A stretch of DNA of 32,802 nucleotides from Azolla caroliniana (GCA_043228905.1 JBHGNT010000345.1:1-32802); one strand, 5' to 3'. Shown: positions 12,228 to 25,886, counted from the first letter of the stretch. Numbers and translations are program-made. Notes: a model not told the origin generated them from the sequence alone.

Positions 12228-12587
12228 TGTGCGGAAGCGTTAGACAGAACCGGCTTAGCCGGATAGCAATAGAAAAAATGAGATGAAGGTTTAATGGAAA
12301 AGCTTAAAACACAGAGGAGACAGAGAGAACAGAACATAAAGCTATATTCAAAAAATTAACTCTAAAACTCTGTACATACAACATGCTAAACAACACTATT
12401 TATACAAGTCCATAAATGATAGACAGAAGTACTGACAAGTATTTCAATGCTCACACATGCGACTGTCACTAACTACGAGACAATAATTACCTAGTAGTCT
12501 AGGCTACTACTAGGCTTCCGGTTCCCGCTCGAATCCGGCTCTCCGATCCAGATCCAGTTGAGCTTGCTCACTCAACATTGCTCAACA
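12228..12587 (-). repeat. Copia-2 LTR (360 bp) shared between two tandem units
   Basis: Minus strand reads TGTTGAG...CGCACA. A PPT (GCTTGAGGGGGAG, 12600-12588) precedes it and the iMet PBS follows it. TATAAAT lies on the minus strand near 12400. Confidence 0.85.
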
Positions 12588-14504
12588 CTCCCCCTCAAGC
12601 TCAACTTGAGGTCGGATCGTGGTGTCAATGTCTACAGTAGCCGGTCCTTTCCTCCGGCTCCTTCTGATGTCCTTCCGCCTTCCTCGCGATCCTCGTCTGG
12701 TCTGGTTCCGCTTCCCGTGACCCGTCCGGTTCTGCGCAACTCGAACTCCTTGTCCGGCATGCTTGCTAAACATGCCCATCTTAGCTCCTTCATTGCGATG
12801 ACTCTGGCACTTTTTGACCCATTGGTCCCTCCGTATTAGTGTCGACTTCTGCTGCCTTCTCGTCTGCTTGGCCTTTAGTTGATCCGGCTCCTCCGAATCA
12901 AATTGTTGAACCGAATCGGCTTCCCCCGATTCATTCCAGATCTTGTCTGAATCCGTTGCCTCTTATTTGTTCCACCTCTTGTCCGAGTTGGTAGTCTTCA
13001 ACTCGTCTTCCGTTTTCAGGCCCTTCACCACATCGGACCACGTCCAGGTCATGCCGATCCATGTGAACATACCAAAGTTCAACTTCACTGCTCAGGATCC
13101 ACTCACGGACAAAGTGATAATGCACTTCTATGTGCTTTGTTCGGGCATGGAATACAAGTTTCTTGGTGAGCTGTATGCTCCTTACGTTGTCACAATAAAT
13201 TAGGATCGGGGTTAGCACCTTGATCTGGAGGTCGTGCAGTAGTCGCCGAAGCCAGATGGCTTCACAGGTGGCAACAATAGTGCCTCGATATTCAGCCTCA
13301 GTGCTCAATAGAGCCATTGTTGGCTACTTTTTGTTGCTCCACGCAACAACCACCCTACCAAGAGAAAACATGTAACTGGAGGTGGATCGGCGATCCGATG
13401 CATCACCAGCCCAATCGGTATCGGTATATCTGACTAGCTTTCCGGCTATACCGTGTCGGTATAACAATCCTCGATCCTTCGTGCCGTTCACAAATCGCAA
13501 TAGTCGATGTGCGCATTGAAGGTGCTCCATGGTCTGTGTCTTCTGCATAAATTGGTTGATCACTCGAACCGGACAACGGATGTCGGGTCCAGTGATGACT
13601 AGATCATCTACATATAGTAGGATACAAACCGGACCGTCTGGTCTTTTCCGAATGAGCAATGAAGAGTCGAACTTTGAGGCCACAAACCCCATCTTATGCA
13701 ACCGGTGTGTGGTTTTCACATTCCAAGCTCGAAGAGCTTGCTTCAAACCATAAAGTGACTTTTTGAGTTGGCACACCGCCGACCTATTCAGCTCCGATTG
13801 AAAACCTGTTCTTGAAGAAACGCATTCTTCACGTCCATTTGGTGAAGATACCATCCCCTTGCCGCAACAACAGCCAGTACCACACGGAGCGTCATCATCT
13901 TCACTACCGGAGCGAAAGTCTCGTCGTAGTCAATTCCATGGGTCTGTGCATATCCCTTTGCCACTAACCGAGCCTTGTACCGGTTGACCGAACCGTCGGC
14001 ATTGTACTTTACCTTGTACACCCACTTGCAACCGATCAGTTTACATTGTCGAGGAGGGTCAACTAGGTCCCAAGTGTCGTTGGCATCGAGTGCCCGTATT
14101 TCTTCTTCCATAGCAGCACGCCAATTTGCATCTTTTGATGTTTCTACATAGCTCTCTGGCTCACACACTTCCGCCACCTTGGTCTTGTATGCACAATGAT
14201 GCGCCATGTACTCATTATATTTGTACCGTTTTACGACGTTCTTTTGGCGGGATGACCAGTACAATTTTCCGTCAACCGGTTTGAGGCCCTTCTTGGCCAG
14301 TTCGAACTTCGTTTCCGAAGATCCACTTCGTTCTGTCCGGAGTCAGAATCACTCCGATCTGACTCTTCGTTGCCGGTGTCATATTCCGGCATTCCCTGAT
14401 CAACAATTTTTCCTACCAACACCAGGTTCTTTGTGATTATCAGAACGTGTAGTACGTTCATCAGCTTTCCCTTTTGTCCAACATGACATAAGGGGACTTC
14501 TCCG
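12588..14504 (-). mobile_element. Copia-2b: internally deleted Ty1/copia internal region (PR fragment, RT, RH, 3' UTR, PPT)
   Basis: Motifs VLHV..TKNLV, EPESY, CKWVYKVK, YKARLVAKGY, LYVDDL, DWAGD...RRSTS, STEAEY and RTKHIEVHYHF. Segments 14391-14504 and ~13740-13905 are homologous to 10945-11057 and ~10575-10775. Confidence 0.88.
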
Positions 14505-14947
14505 TGTTACACGGCCGGAAGAGGAGTTAAAGACCAGAATGTGAGAGGGATTGTTTATTCAAAATCTATTTTAATTAAGTAGTTTATGCGACGTGAACGG
14601 ATGGACCGGAATTGCTATGCCGATCCAGATCCAGACCGGTTCCGAACAGGTGCCGGTTGGTACCGTTTTGTACTCAGCATCGGTGACCTATATAAAGGCC
14701 CGGTTACAATGTAATACTTTGACGGATAATTAATAGAGCTTCTTGTTTTATCTTTAAGTGTTGATTACTGTTCTGTGCTAATTGTTCTATCATACGCGTG
14801 TATCAAGTCTAATGCCATATTGCCAAGTAACCAATTAAAGTCTGATTAATCGTTGAGTCTTAAGTTATCTCGCCGTAACACCGCTTTGGTGAAGTGTCTT
14901 CCGTAGACACCCTGTGTTAGGCCATTGTCCGGCCGTAAGGAATAACA
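14505..14947 (+). repeat. 5' LTR of Gypsy-A
   Basis: TGTTA...TAACA with TATATAAA at ~14689, followed by the PBS-like TGGCGACCA at 14955-14963 (possibly tRNA-Arg). An alternative end GTAACA exists at 14880. Confidence 0.65.
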
Positions 14948-15233
14948 CAGTTTTTGGCGACCATGATTCATGCACAATCGCAACGAACAACGGCGGGAAT
15001 GGATGACTAGACCAACGAACGACCCGGTTACAGAGCGAGGAAGGAAACTTGTTGAACGGCTGAGGAAGCGAGAGGCTTTCCAGCAAGCGGCAGAAGAAAT
15101 CAGAACGGATCACTCATTTTCCAAGGAGATCTAGAGAGTGGCCAAGGAGTCACTTCGTTTACAACAAAACGACTAACCGGACGAAGGAAGCAGCCTAAGC
15201 AGCCTTCGGGAAGCGGAATCCCTTCTCCAGGCA

Positions 15234-15991
15234 TTGGCACCGGGCGAAGGCGAATCCGAAGCATTTTCGGCTTTTGAATCGGATTCGGAAGGGGAATACA
15301 ACGCGCATACGAACTACCGCAGCAATAATGACACCCCAAATGGACTGGAGGACGAGGAGTCGGATACCTTGCCGACACCGAAACCAGAATTGACAAGGCT
15401 GGAACCTCCGGCACCGGAAGTCGAGCACACTCCGGAACCAGAAGTTGAGGAAGAGAGACCTCCGACACCGGAAGTCAAGGAAGAGAGACCTCCGACACCG
15501 GAAGTCGAGGAGGAGAGGCCTCCAACACCGAAAGAGGAGTAGGAAAGACCTCTGACGTCGACAGAGGACCGGGAAAGACCTCCGACGCCGACAGAGGAGG
15601 AAAGACCACTGACACCACCAGCCCACGTACCAACACCGGACGACGATATGCCATTCCAATATCCCAGATACCGGGATGATCCGGACGCGGAAGCCCACGT
15701 TCATGCGTTTCAGCAGACCTAGGAGGCAAACCATGTGTCCCAATGCTTAAATGCGGCCGAAGAGGAACGCTCAAAAATGGCAAAGTTCGGCATGACCCTA
15801 GAGGGACTGGCCGCCAGATGGCACCGAACACAAGATCCCAACACCATTCCCACGTTTGAAGCATTAAAGACCAAATTCTTGCATTTCTTTCACAAAGAGA
15901 TGGACCAACGGGAAATGGTAGGCCTATTTTACATTATCCGATAGGAACCAATGGAGAACATTCAACAGTTTGTCATCCGGTTCCAGCGGAT
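15234..15991 (+). pseudogene. gag: Gypsy-A gag, N-terminal part, with 30-bp PEVEEERPPT repeats (15415-15620)
   Basis: An acidic/Pro-rich repeat is followed by the retrotransposon-gag-like FGMTLEGLAARW...TFEALKTKFL...ENIQQFVIRFQR. In-frame stops are present, and the sequence is cut at 15991 by Copia-3. Confidence 0.75.
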
Positions 15992-16189
15992 TGTTGAATC
16001 TGGAGTAATGGAGGCGGACGAGCTGCTATTTTCTAGCCTGCACAGAAAATGTCGAACACACACACAGAGGAAAAACAGAAAGAGAAAGACAAAACTTTTA
16101 CGGGGGCAAACGAAACCCTCATTTCTATTAGTTTATATACCTATGCGTAAATAGTAAGAAATTACAGATTTGGCCTTTTCTTACTATCA
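15992..16189 (-). repeat. Copia-3 3' LTR
   Basis: 198 bp with TG...CA ends. I count 4 substitutions relative to 20957-21154. Confidence 0.97.
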
Positions 16190-16312
16190 ATCTCCCACTA
16201 AAAGGCCAAACTAGGGATCAACAAGGCTGATGGGGAGATTGAACAAGACCTACACATCCTACTTGATGAGTATGTTACACAATGTACAAGAAACAATGTG
16301 TAACCTCATGAC

Positions 16313-19300
16313 CTAAGTTATCCCCATGAAGTGGCAGCAATGCTCTAGTGCTTCGTGCGATAGAGCCTTGGTCAACGCATCTGCGGCATTGTCTTCAGAG
16401 ACAACTTTCTCAAGACTAATATAGCCAGGAGTTATGCATTCTCGAATGAAGTGATATCTCACTCCAATGTGCTTGGTCTTCGCATGGTATACTGGGTTTT
16501 TAGCCAATGCAATGGCACTCTGACTATCACAAAACAATATGGGTACAAGCTTAGATATGCCCATGTCACAAGCTAATCTGGACAGCCATACGGCTTCCTT
16601 ACAAGCTTCGCTAGTTGCGACATACTCTGCTTCTGTAGTGGACAGAGCAGTACATTTTTGGAGACGAGATCTCCAAGATATCGCACCTCCCATAAACTGA
16701 AAAATATATCCTGAAGTGGATTTTCTGCTGTCAAAGCAGCCAGCATAATCAGAATCTGTGTATCCGATGATGGATACAGTTCCACCACCTAAACATAGAC
16801 ACCTATTCTTAGTGCCACACAGATATCTTAAAATCAGTTTAACTGCCTCCCAATGTTTATTACCAGGATTGGACATAAATCTGCTCACAACTCCCACTAC
16901 GAAAGCAATGTCTGGTCTGGTCGCTATCATAGCGTACATAAGACTCCCAACAGCGGATTGATAAGGAACCTTGGACATGAATTTCTTGTCCTCATCGGAT
17001 GTGGGGCAATCACGTGTGCTCAGATTTACATATGAAGGTAGTGGAGTGCTTAACGGCTTCGCATTCTCCATATTAAACCTCATGAGCACTTTCGATATGT
17101 ACTCAGCCTGAGACAAGTAAATACATCGCTTACTCCTATCACGAGTGATACGCATACCAAGAATATGTTTTGCATCTCCCAAATCCTTCATGTCAAAATT
17201 CTGGCTCAAGTTTTTCTTTAACGAGGATAACTCATCCTTGTTTTTACCAGCAATAAGCATGTCATCAACATATAATATCAATGTGATAAAACTCCCATCT
17301 GAACAGTTTTTCGTATAAAGACATGCATCTTCATTGCTTCTAGTACATCCTTGAGTCTTCATAAAGGCATCAAATTTCTGATACCATAACCTCGGGGACT
17401 GCTTAAGCCCATACAAACTCTTCTTGAGTTTACATACCAAATGTTCTTTTCCCAATACTTCATAACCTTCTGGTTGTTCCATATAAATGTCCTCATCAAG
17501 GTCCCCATGCAAGAAAGCAGTCTTCACATCCATTTGGACAAGTTCCAAATTCTGATTTGCAGCCAATGAAAGCAACATACGTAATGTAGTCATCTTAACT
17601 ACAGGAGAAAAGGTTTCATCAAAGTCAATTCCATATTCTTGCTTGAAACCTTTTGCAACCAAGTGTGCTTTATACTTTGGAGAAGCACTATCAGATGTAT
17701 ACTTATACTTGTATACCCATTTGCATGGCAATGCTTTCCTGTCCTTTGGCAAAGGTACTAAATCCCAAGTACCATTTTTATAAATGTTGTCCAATTCACT
17801 TTGCATGGCCTGTTTCCATTTCACATGGTCATTTACAGATATGGCTTCATTGTAACATGAAGGCTCACCGGCATCTGTTAGCATTACATAATCAGCAAAC
17901 TTACTAGGTTCCTTGGGCACACGCATAGATCTCCTCAATGAATCCTGAACCTGAGTGCCATCAGGTTGTGCATGAGAAACCTCATTCTGAGCATCATCAT
18001 TATGAGCATATTCTTGCTGAAAAGCATCATTTTGCACATCATTGTGCTGAGCATTATCATTTTGGGCATCTTCATCCTGGTCAATAACAGTTTTTTGTGA
18101 CTGCGAAGCATCTACATCAATAAGATTTTTCTGTTTTTCATCAACAAAAGGCGTACTATCTTTAAAGGCAACCTTTCTCACTTCTACCTCCTTTACGGAC
18201 TGTTTATGCATTTTGTTCTCGTCAAAAACAACATCACTACTTCTGACCACAGTACGTGTGTCAGGGTCCCATAAGCGATATCCAAACTGTCCATCAATTC
18301 CGTAACCAAGAAATATACATTTTCTGCATTTATAGTCTAATTTCTTTCTTAAAGTTTTTGGAATGTGTACATACGCTTCGCATCCAAAGACTCTAAGATG
18401 AGCATAATGAGGTGTCTTGCCAGTCCACACCTCTTGTGCCACTCTTAGACCTATGGCTGTGTTCGGTGATAGGTTAATCACATGGACTGCTGTTAAAACA
18501 GCTTCTGCCCAAAAACCTTGCGAGAGGTTTGCATGGTGTAGCATGGAGACAACTCTGTCCTGGATGGTTCTATTCATCCTCTCAGCCACACCATTTTGGA
18601 CAGGGGTGTAAGGAGCTGTAAACTCTCTCCGAATACCTCTAGACTTACAAAAGTCAACAAATTCGTGAGAGGTATACTCACCTCCATTGTCCGAACGTAA
18701 AGCCTTAAGCTTTATGTCCTTTTCTAGCTCAACCGAACTAAGCCATTTTCTGAAAGTGGGGTATACATCATCCTTTCCCTTAATTGGATAAGCCCAAACT
18801 TTCCTAGTGGCATCATCAATGAAAGTAACAAAATATAGGGCACCACCCAAAGATACCCAAATATAGGGCATCATCAATGAAAGTAACAAACATCCGTGTG
18901 GACAAGATCCAATGGTTTAGTGGATGAGTTTACACTAGTCTTATGTGCACTTCTAGTTTGCTTACCATGTTGACAATGCTCACATAAGGCAAAATCAGAG
19001 AATGACAACTTAGGTAAGTGGCCATAACGAGATAGGATTTCCATGCCATTTCTTGACATGTGGCCCAAACGACCATGCCAAATGCTCGTCATTGGTTGGT
19101 CTGTGACAGCCAACAAGTGTTCCTTTTGATGAACAAATAGAGGGTAGAGGGAACCAACTTTGTTCCCTTTTGCAACAATCATATTTCCTTTCGTTATACG
19201 AAAGGATTGAGAAGCAAACATCACCTTATATCCATTGTCATCAAGCTGACCAACGGAGATCAAACTACGAGTTAGTTGGGGAACATGGCGTACATCTTTA

Positions 19301-20478
19301 ATGGTCAAATGAGCACCATCACTAAAATGCATTGAGATATCTCCAATGCCAATCACATCGCATTGATGTGAGTCTCCAAGTCGAACTTTCCCAAGCGACT
19401 TGGCTTCATAACATGTGAACCACTCTCTATGTGGAGTCACATGAAACGATGCACCGGAGTCCAACAACCACGTATATGATGGAGAAAAGACCGTGTTCAC
19501 CCCAGCATGTGTGCTAACATCATCTAGGACCAAGATGTCTGTCTCACCACATGTTGCATTTACTTCCTCCGTTTCCAACGAGGAAGAGGGACCACTAGAT
19601 TGTCTACCATGCCCTCTAGCATTATCTTTCTCCTTATTTTTAAGGGCATAACAATCTTTCTTAAGGTGACCCTTTTTATGACAGTAATGGCACTCCATAT
19701 TTTTCTTCCTAGATTTGCTTCTACCTCTATCATTTCCACCACTATTTCTTGTTTGGCTCCTACCACGTTGTTGGTTCTTGCGAGGACCAACATCAGAAAC
19801 ATTATATGCATCTCCATTGTGTGATGCAATCATAGATTTTCTACGAATTTCTTCACCCAAAAGAGCTCCACATATGTCATTATAGACTAATTTCCCATTT
19901 GGTGCACTTGCACTAATAGCAGTGCAAAAAGTGTTCCATGAGCTAGGCAAAGTGCATAACAAAAATACACATTTCAACTCATCATCAAAAATCATTTTCT
20001 GAGCCAGTAATTGTGACCATAATGCATCAAAATCATTCAAATGAGAAGCGACACTGTCATTGTCCTTCATTCGAAGATCATAAAGTTTTCTCATTAGATA
20101 AACTTTGTTTGATGCGGTCTCTTTTTCGTATGTACTGGATAGTTTAGTCCATAGCTTTTCAGCTGAGTCACAGTCCAAGACCGTGAAATACACGTTGTCA
20201 GCCAGGTGCAGTCTTATGGTAGACATTGCCAAGAGATCGAGCTCTTCCCAATCGTCCTTGGTCATGCCCTCGGGTCTCTTGGCTTCACCACTTATAGCTC
20301 TTAATTGCCTTCTTTGAATCAGGACATCTCTCATCTGATTCTTCCACAGGGCAAAGTTGGATCCGTCAAATTTACGGATCTCAAGGTGGTCTTTTCCACT
20401 CATAGGGTGATTTCTATGGGAATTGAACGAACCATTGCGTGAGGTACTTGAAACCTCGGACATTTCAGAGGCAGCCAT
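16313..20478 (-). pseudogene. gag-pol: Copia-3 gag-pol, broken only by one lesion at ~18856-18892
   Basis: ORFs of 534 aa (gag, CHYCHKKGHLKKDC, LDSGAS, WHGRLGH) and 858 aa (TFIDD, SDNGGEY, LYVDDML, RH) overlap out of frame at the integrase start. Confidence 0.95.
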
Positions 20479-20956
20479 TCGGAAGCTAGGTAAACTTGGT
20501 CAATCCCAAATATAAACAACTAACAATAGTTGAGACACTACTCCCTACCTAGTCTCAAGCCGTGTTCTAGGGTAGGTATATGTGTTCGATTGAGGAAAAC
20601 ACCTCTTTCTTATATCAGCCAAGGTAAAATGTCTGTAACCAAGACGTAACTTCAACGTCACAAACTCACATCAAGTGAGCAAGCATCGAAAGGAAAAAAA
20701 AAGAAACCAAACACAGGTTCTTTTGCGTGTAAATCCTCACTTCTGAAACAACAAGTATTCTCTGTTTCTACCTTCCACCAAGGTCTATTTTTCCCCAAAA
20801 ATAGGCACACAAAAAAAAACTGTTCAAGACGGAAACGTGTAGTAGATATTACCTCTGTCGAGGTCCGGAAAAATAGCATGCGCAGAGGGGGAAAACGCAG
20901 AAATGTAGATGCTTGTTGCTACACACAGTCTCACAAAGTCCACGCTCTGATACCAC

Positions 20957-21154
20957 TGTTGAATCTGGAGTAATGGAGGCGGACGAGCTGCTGTTTTCTG
21001 GCCTGCACAGAAAATGTCGAACACACACACAGAGGAAAAACAAAAAGAGAAAGACAAAACTTTTTCGGGGGCAAACGAAACCCTCATTTCTATTAGTTTA
21101 TATACCTATGCGTAAATAGTAAGAAATTACAGATTTGGCCTTTTCTTACTATCA
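20957..21154 (-). repeat. Copia-3 5' LTR
   Basis: 198-bp direct repeat of 15992-16189, adjacent to the PBS. Confidence 0.97.
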
Positions 21155-21159
21155 CGGAT

Positions 21160-24100
21160 CCATAGTCAGCTCAGCCAAGCACCTCCGGAGGAAGAAATAA
21201 AGGCCATATTCTTAGCAGCACTTCGGGAACCCTTACGAACGGTGTGCACCATCATTGATTTCAGCACCAGCAGCATAGATCAAGTGATCGACCGAGTTCG
21301 GGAAATGGAACAATCAAGTTCATGGCTAACCATGGGCGCACTTCAACGTGCACTATTGACAGATGAGGACCTCCGCTTCCGGCAAGCAATTCAATGTACG
21401 ACATGCCTGAATGCCGAACATTCGGCACTGGAATGCACCATGTGTTCCCAATGCTTGTTCTGCCACTCCAGAAGTCACACAATGGAACGGTGTGAGTATA
21501 ACTTGTTAAATCGGCAACGACCACCGGTCCGGCAAATTGAACTACGAAGCAACCGGGAGGAAGAAGAAGAACGTTGACGGCGAGAGGAGCGCTACCAGCC
21601 GGCACAAGATGTCTGGTACAGCTATCGAAGAGACGCTTATGACCGGTATGACAGACAGGATAGATACCGGGACTATAATGGACAGTACAAGAGATACAAC
21701 CGAGATCACTCCCTGGTTACAACCAACGAAGGGACGACGATGGCAAGTATGATGACCAGCCCCGTCATGGTTACCGAAACAAAAAGAATTTCAACAAGAA
21801 ACGTCATTTCAACAAAAAGGGGGGTCATCCACGGGAACCGGAAAAGGGCGCTCCAAGCAGCCAACCGGACCAAAACCAAGCACTCACCACAGGACCTCAA
21901 CCGGGTGCGGGCACAAATGCCGAATCCAGCAACACCCGAAAGGCGTACTGCTATTATTGCTGGCAAGAAGGCCACAATAGTAACCAATGTCCGGTGAAGA
22001 GCTACGACAAGCGACCAACGGTGAACATGGTAGACGCGGAAGTCGCGGACTTACAACAAGTCACTACAAGATCAAAAGGCAAAGCCACGGAGTGGGAAAC
22101 TCAAGAAGCCATCCGGAAACAGGCAACTGAATGGGTGAAGAAGGCAAACGAGCGGAATGTGGTAGAGCTCGAACAACAAAAGGAGAATGCCGAAGAGCTC
22201 ACTCGGATAGGGCAACCTGAAAACCCAACATGGCAAGCGTTACAAGAATGCCAAATAACGTTGTCATTAGGCCGGCTATTGCAACTAGTACCACGCTTCA
22301 CGGAAGGACTGAAGATAGGAAGGACGGTAGCCAACACACCACCGGTTCCGGCCTTCTTTTCAAATCCGGAGGAAGGACCGGCAGTGGTAGACACGAGCAA
22401 TCCGGCAATCACAACCATCGTGAAAGGAACAGAGCTACCCGGCACGATTATCGATGGAGGATCCGACATGAACGTGATCAGCCTTCGAACGTGTAACACT
22501 CTAGGAATCCATGACTGGGAACCATGCCCGTTTTGGCTTCAGATAGCGGACACAAGCTCAGTACGGCCGACCGGATTAATATGTGATCTGGAAGTGACCA
22601 TCGGGGGTCACACATTTCGCATTTTGGCAGTAGTTCTCCAGCTACAGCCTTAGGGAGCTTACCCACTATTGTTGGGACACCCTTGGTTAAAAACAGCACA
22701 CATCAAGCAAAACTGGAGGAAGAATATAATTACGTTCCGGCGTGCAAAAGCAAAAGTGCGAGTACCGACTCAACCACGGTCAGTTATTGGCAAGGAATTG
22801 ACGCCACTATATGTGGAATGTGTCAACATGCTAGAAGGATTGGCAGACGAAGAGGTCGATGAATACTTACAGGAAAATCCGAAGATCGTACCTCTGTTCG
22901 AAATTGATGTAGCCGAAGCGGTATCACCGTATATACTGCAACTGGAAGGGACCGACGAGGAACCGGATAAAGAAGCGATCCGGGAGTTACGGCAAGCACA
23001 GGAGGCACTGGAAAGAGAAATGGAAGTGTCACAATTCGTAAAAGAATCCCAACTAGAAGAGGTAAACCTAGGTACCACAAAGGATGCAAGACCGGTTCAC
23101 ATCGCCAAGGAAATGACCCCGGAGAACAAAACGGCAATGATCACACTCCTAAAAGATTTTTGCGATGTGTTCGCCTGGTCCTATGAGGACATGCGGGAAC
23201 TCGATCCTCAGTTGTATCAACACTAGATACATTTGAGTAAAGACGCCAAACCGGTAGCGCAAAGGCGTTACCGGATGAACCCGAATTACGCAGCAAAAGT
23301 CAAAGAAGAAATCGACAAGTTACTAAGTGTTGGCTTCATTCGACCGGTAAAGAAAGCCACATGGCTCAGTCCGATAATCGTAGTACCGAAAAAGAACGGT
23401 AAGATAAGATTTTGCGTCGACTACCGGAAGTTGAATGCGGCTACGGTAACGGACGCCTTCCCACTTCCATTCACGGATGGAGTCTTGGATGCGGTGGACG
23501 GTCATGAGGTGTACAGTTTTCTGAACAGTTTCAGCGGCTATAATCAGATCCGGATGCACCCCGACGACCAGGAGAAAACCGCTTTTGTCACCGAATGGGG
23601 AGTCTTTGTTGCCATAGTTATGATGTTTGGACTGAAAATGGCGTCGGCAACCTTCCAGCGGATCATCATGGAGATTTTCAGAGAATTCATTCCAGCATTC
23701 ATGCAGGTGTTCTTGGATGACTTCACTGTTTATAGCCGGGAAGGGGATCACCTTCAGCACCTCCGACTATGTTTGGAGAAATGTAGGGTTTACCGCCTAA
23801 GCCTTAACCCGGCAAAATGTGTGTTCGGAGTGTCCAGCGGAGCGTTACTTGGCCACATCGTCAGCAAGGACGGTATTGCAGTGGATCCGGACAAGGTCAA
23901 AGCTATTTTGGAGGCACTGACACCAACCACGGCAAAGGCATTAAGCCGGTTCTTAGGACAAATTCGGTGGCATAGCCGAATGCTCTGGTATCTGGCAAAC
24001 CTAGCTACACCATTGCATGCCGCAGTACATCGGACACCGTTCCAATGGACGGACACAGAAGACAAGCCTTACCGGGCACAAAAAGTACTATTGTCACAAG

Positions 24101-25886
24101 CGTCGGTGGTGCAACCTCCGGATTGGTCTAAAGAGTTCCATGTGTTCGTTGACGTGTCCGACATCGCAATCAGGAGCGCGCTTAGGCAACTTACAGAACC
24201 GAAGTGGTACCGGCCAGTGTATTATGCCAGCCGGAACTTGTCCCAAGCAGAACGTAATTATTCCACAACGGAAAGAGAGGCCTTGGGCATGATCTACAAT
24301 GTCACCAAGTTTAGACACTATTTGTTGGGAAGGAAATTTTCCTTTCACATAGATCATTCGGCAACCCTCTACTTAGTGTCCAAAGCATCACTCACCGGTA
24401 AGCTGGCCCGGTGGACGTTACTATTACAAGAATTCGAGTTCGAGATATTTCACTGACCCGGCATACAACATGCGGTAGCAGACTATTTGAGCCAAATAGA
24501 TTCCAGCGAAACCGGCGACGACGTCCCAGGCGATTTCCTGGATGCAAAGTTGTTTAGAGTCACAGCAGAAATGGTAACAGATGGTACGGTCGCAGAGGAA
24601 GACAAATGGCTCACCAACATGCACCAATTTCTGAGCACCGGCTTACCTCCGGAGGAGATGAACAGAGACGAAGGAAACGCTTAGCAATTCAAAGCCGGCA
24701 CTTCTATCTATTACAGGACACACTGTACCACAAAGGCGCAGATGGCATATGGCGGTGTGCAGTGTGTAGTGATGAAAAGGACATAATATTGTGTGAAGCA
24801 CACTGCGGAGTGGCTGGAGGACATTATGTCGGAGACGCTACGGCAAGGAAAATATGGCAGAGTGGACTATGGTGACCAACAACATTGAAGGATGTAGTCC
24901 GGTACGTTAAAGAATGTGACCTATGTCAGCGAATGGGCCAACCAACCGAACAAGCCAGGATGCCTCACTAGCCCGTGCTACCGTTAGAACCATTTCAGAA
25001 ATGGGGGCTAGATTTTGTCGGTCCATTCAAACCACCAGCAATGAGAACCGGCAACCGGTATGTGATTGTCGCTACGGATTATTGCACAAAATGGGTGGAA
25101 GCCAAAGCACTACGCAACAACACCGCGGCATCCACAGCAAAATTTTTATATGAATACATCTGGTGCCGGTATGGATGTCCGATAGAGCTAATAAGTGACC
25201 AAAGTGGGCACTTCTTAGGGCAAGTAGTGGAAAGTTTGACGACATTCTATGCGGTGGTGCACAAACGGAGCACTCCCTATTTTCCGCAAGCCAACGGATT
25301 AGCCGAGTCAACAAATAAAACACTACAGAACATCCTTCGAAAAATCGTCAATGAGAACCAGACGGATTGGGATACAAAGCTGCATAGTGCACTTTGGGCC
25401 TATCGAACGGCATATAAGACAAGTATCCGCACAACACTGTTTCTCCTAGCATTCGGATTGGAAGCAGTGATGTCGGTCGATTTCCAGGTACCGAGTTTAC
25501 GAATACAGATTCGGGAACGCCTAAATGAGAAGGAATCGGAAGCGATCCAGTTAGCCGCGTTGTGCAAATTGGAAGAACACCGGCTAGCCAGCATCATGCA
25601 CCTAGAACTTGAGCAACGGCGAAGAAAAGCATTCGTGGATCGTCACCGAAAAGGGAACGAAAAGATGTTCAGAATTGGTAAGCTGGTACTAGTATTCCAG
25701 ACCTGGATGGGTAAGATGCCGGGGAAGCTACGGTTTCGGTGGACCGGACCCTATTGGATCACACGTGAGTTCAACGGTTCCTACCAGTTAGGGACACTCG
25801 TTGGCGAGGTTCTGGGTAAATGGGTCAATGGGTTCCGACTCAACCATACAATGGACCCATGCCAAGAAACCCATTTGAATGAGTAA
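21160..25886 (+). pseudogene. pol: Gypsy-A gag C-terminus and pol (PR, RT, RH, IN) with multiple stops and frameshifts
   Basis: CCHC knuckles, protease IIDGGS, RT CVDYRKLN/FSGYNQI/FLDDF, RH FVDVSD/RNYSTTEREAL, and IN H-C zinc finger, GLDFVGPF, NGLAE, WTGPY. Confidence 0.93.

Larger units (their letters stand above)
15992..21154 (-). mobile_element. Copia-3: complete Ty1/copia element (5163 bp) with a CGGAT target-site duplication
   Basis: Two 198-bp LTRs, CGGAT at 15987-15991 and 21155-21159, an iMet PBS (TGGTATCAGAGCG, 20955-20943), a PPT (AGTGGGAGA, ~16199-16191) and gag-pol. Confidence 0.97.

Noticed and set aside
17985-18075. 15-bp NDDAQ-like repeats in Copia-3
   Set aside because: Ordinary low-complexity IN-RT linker.
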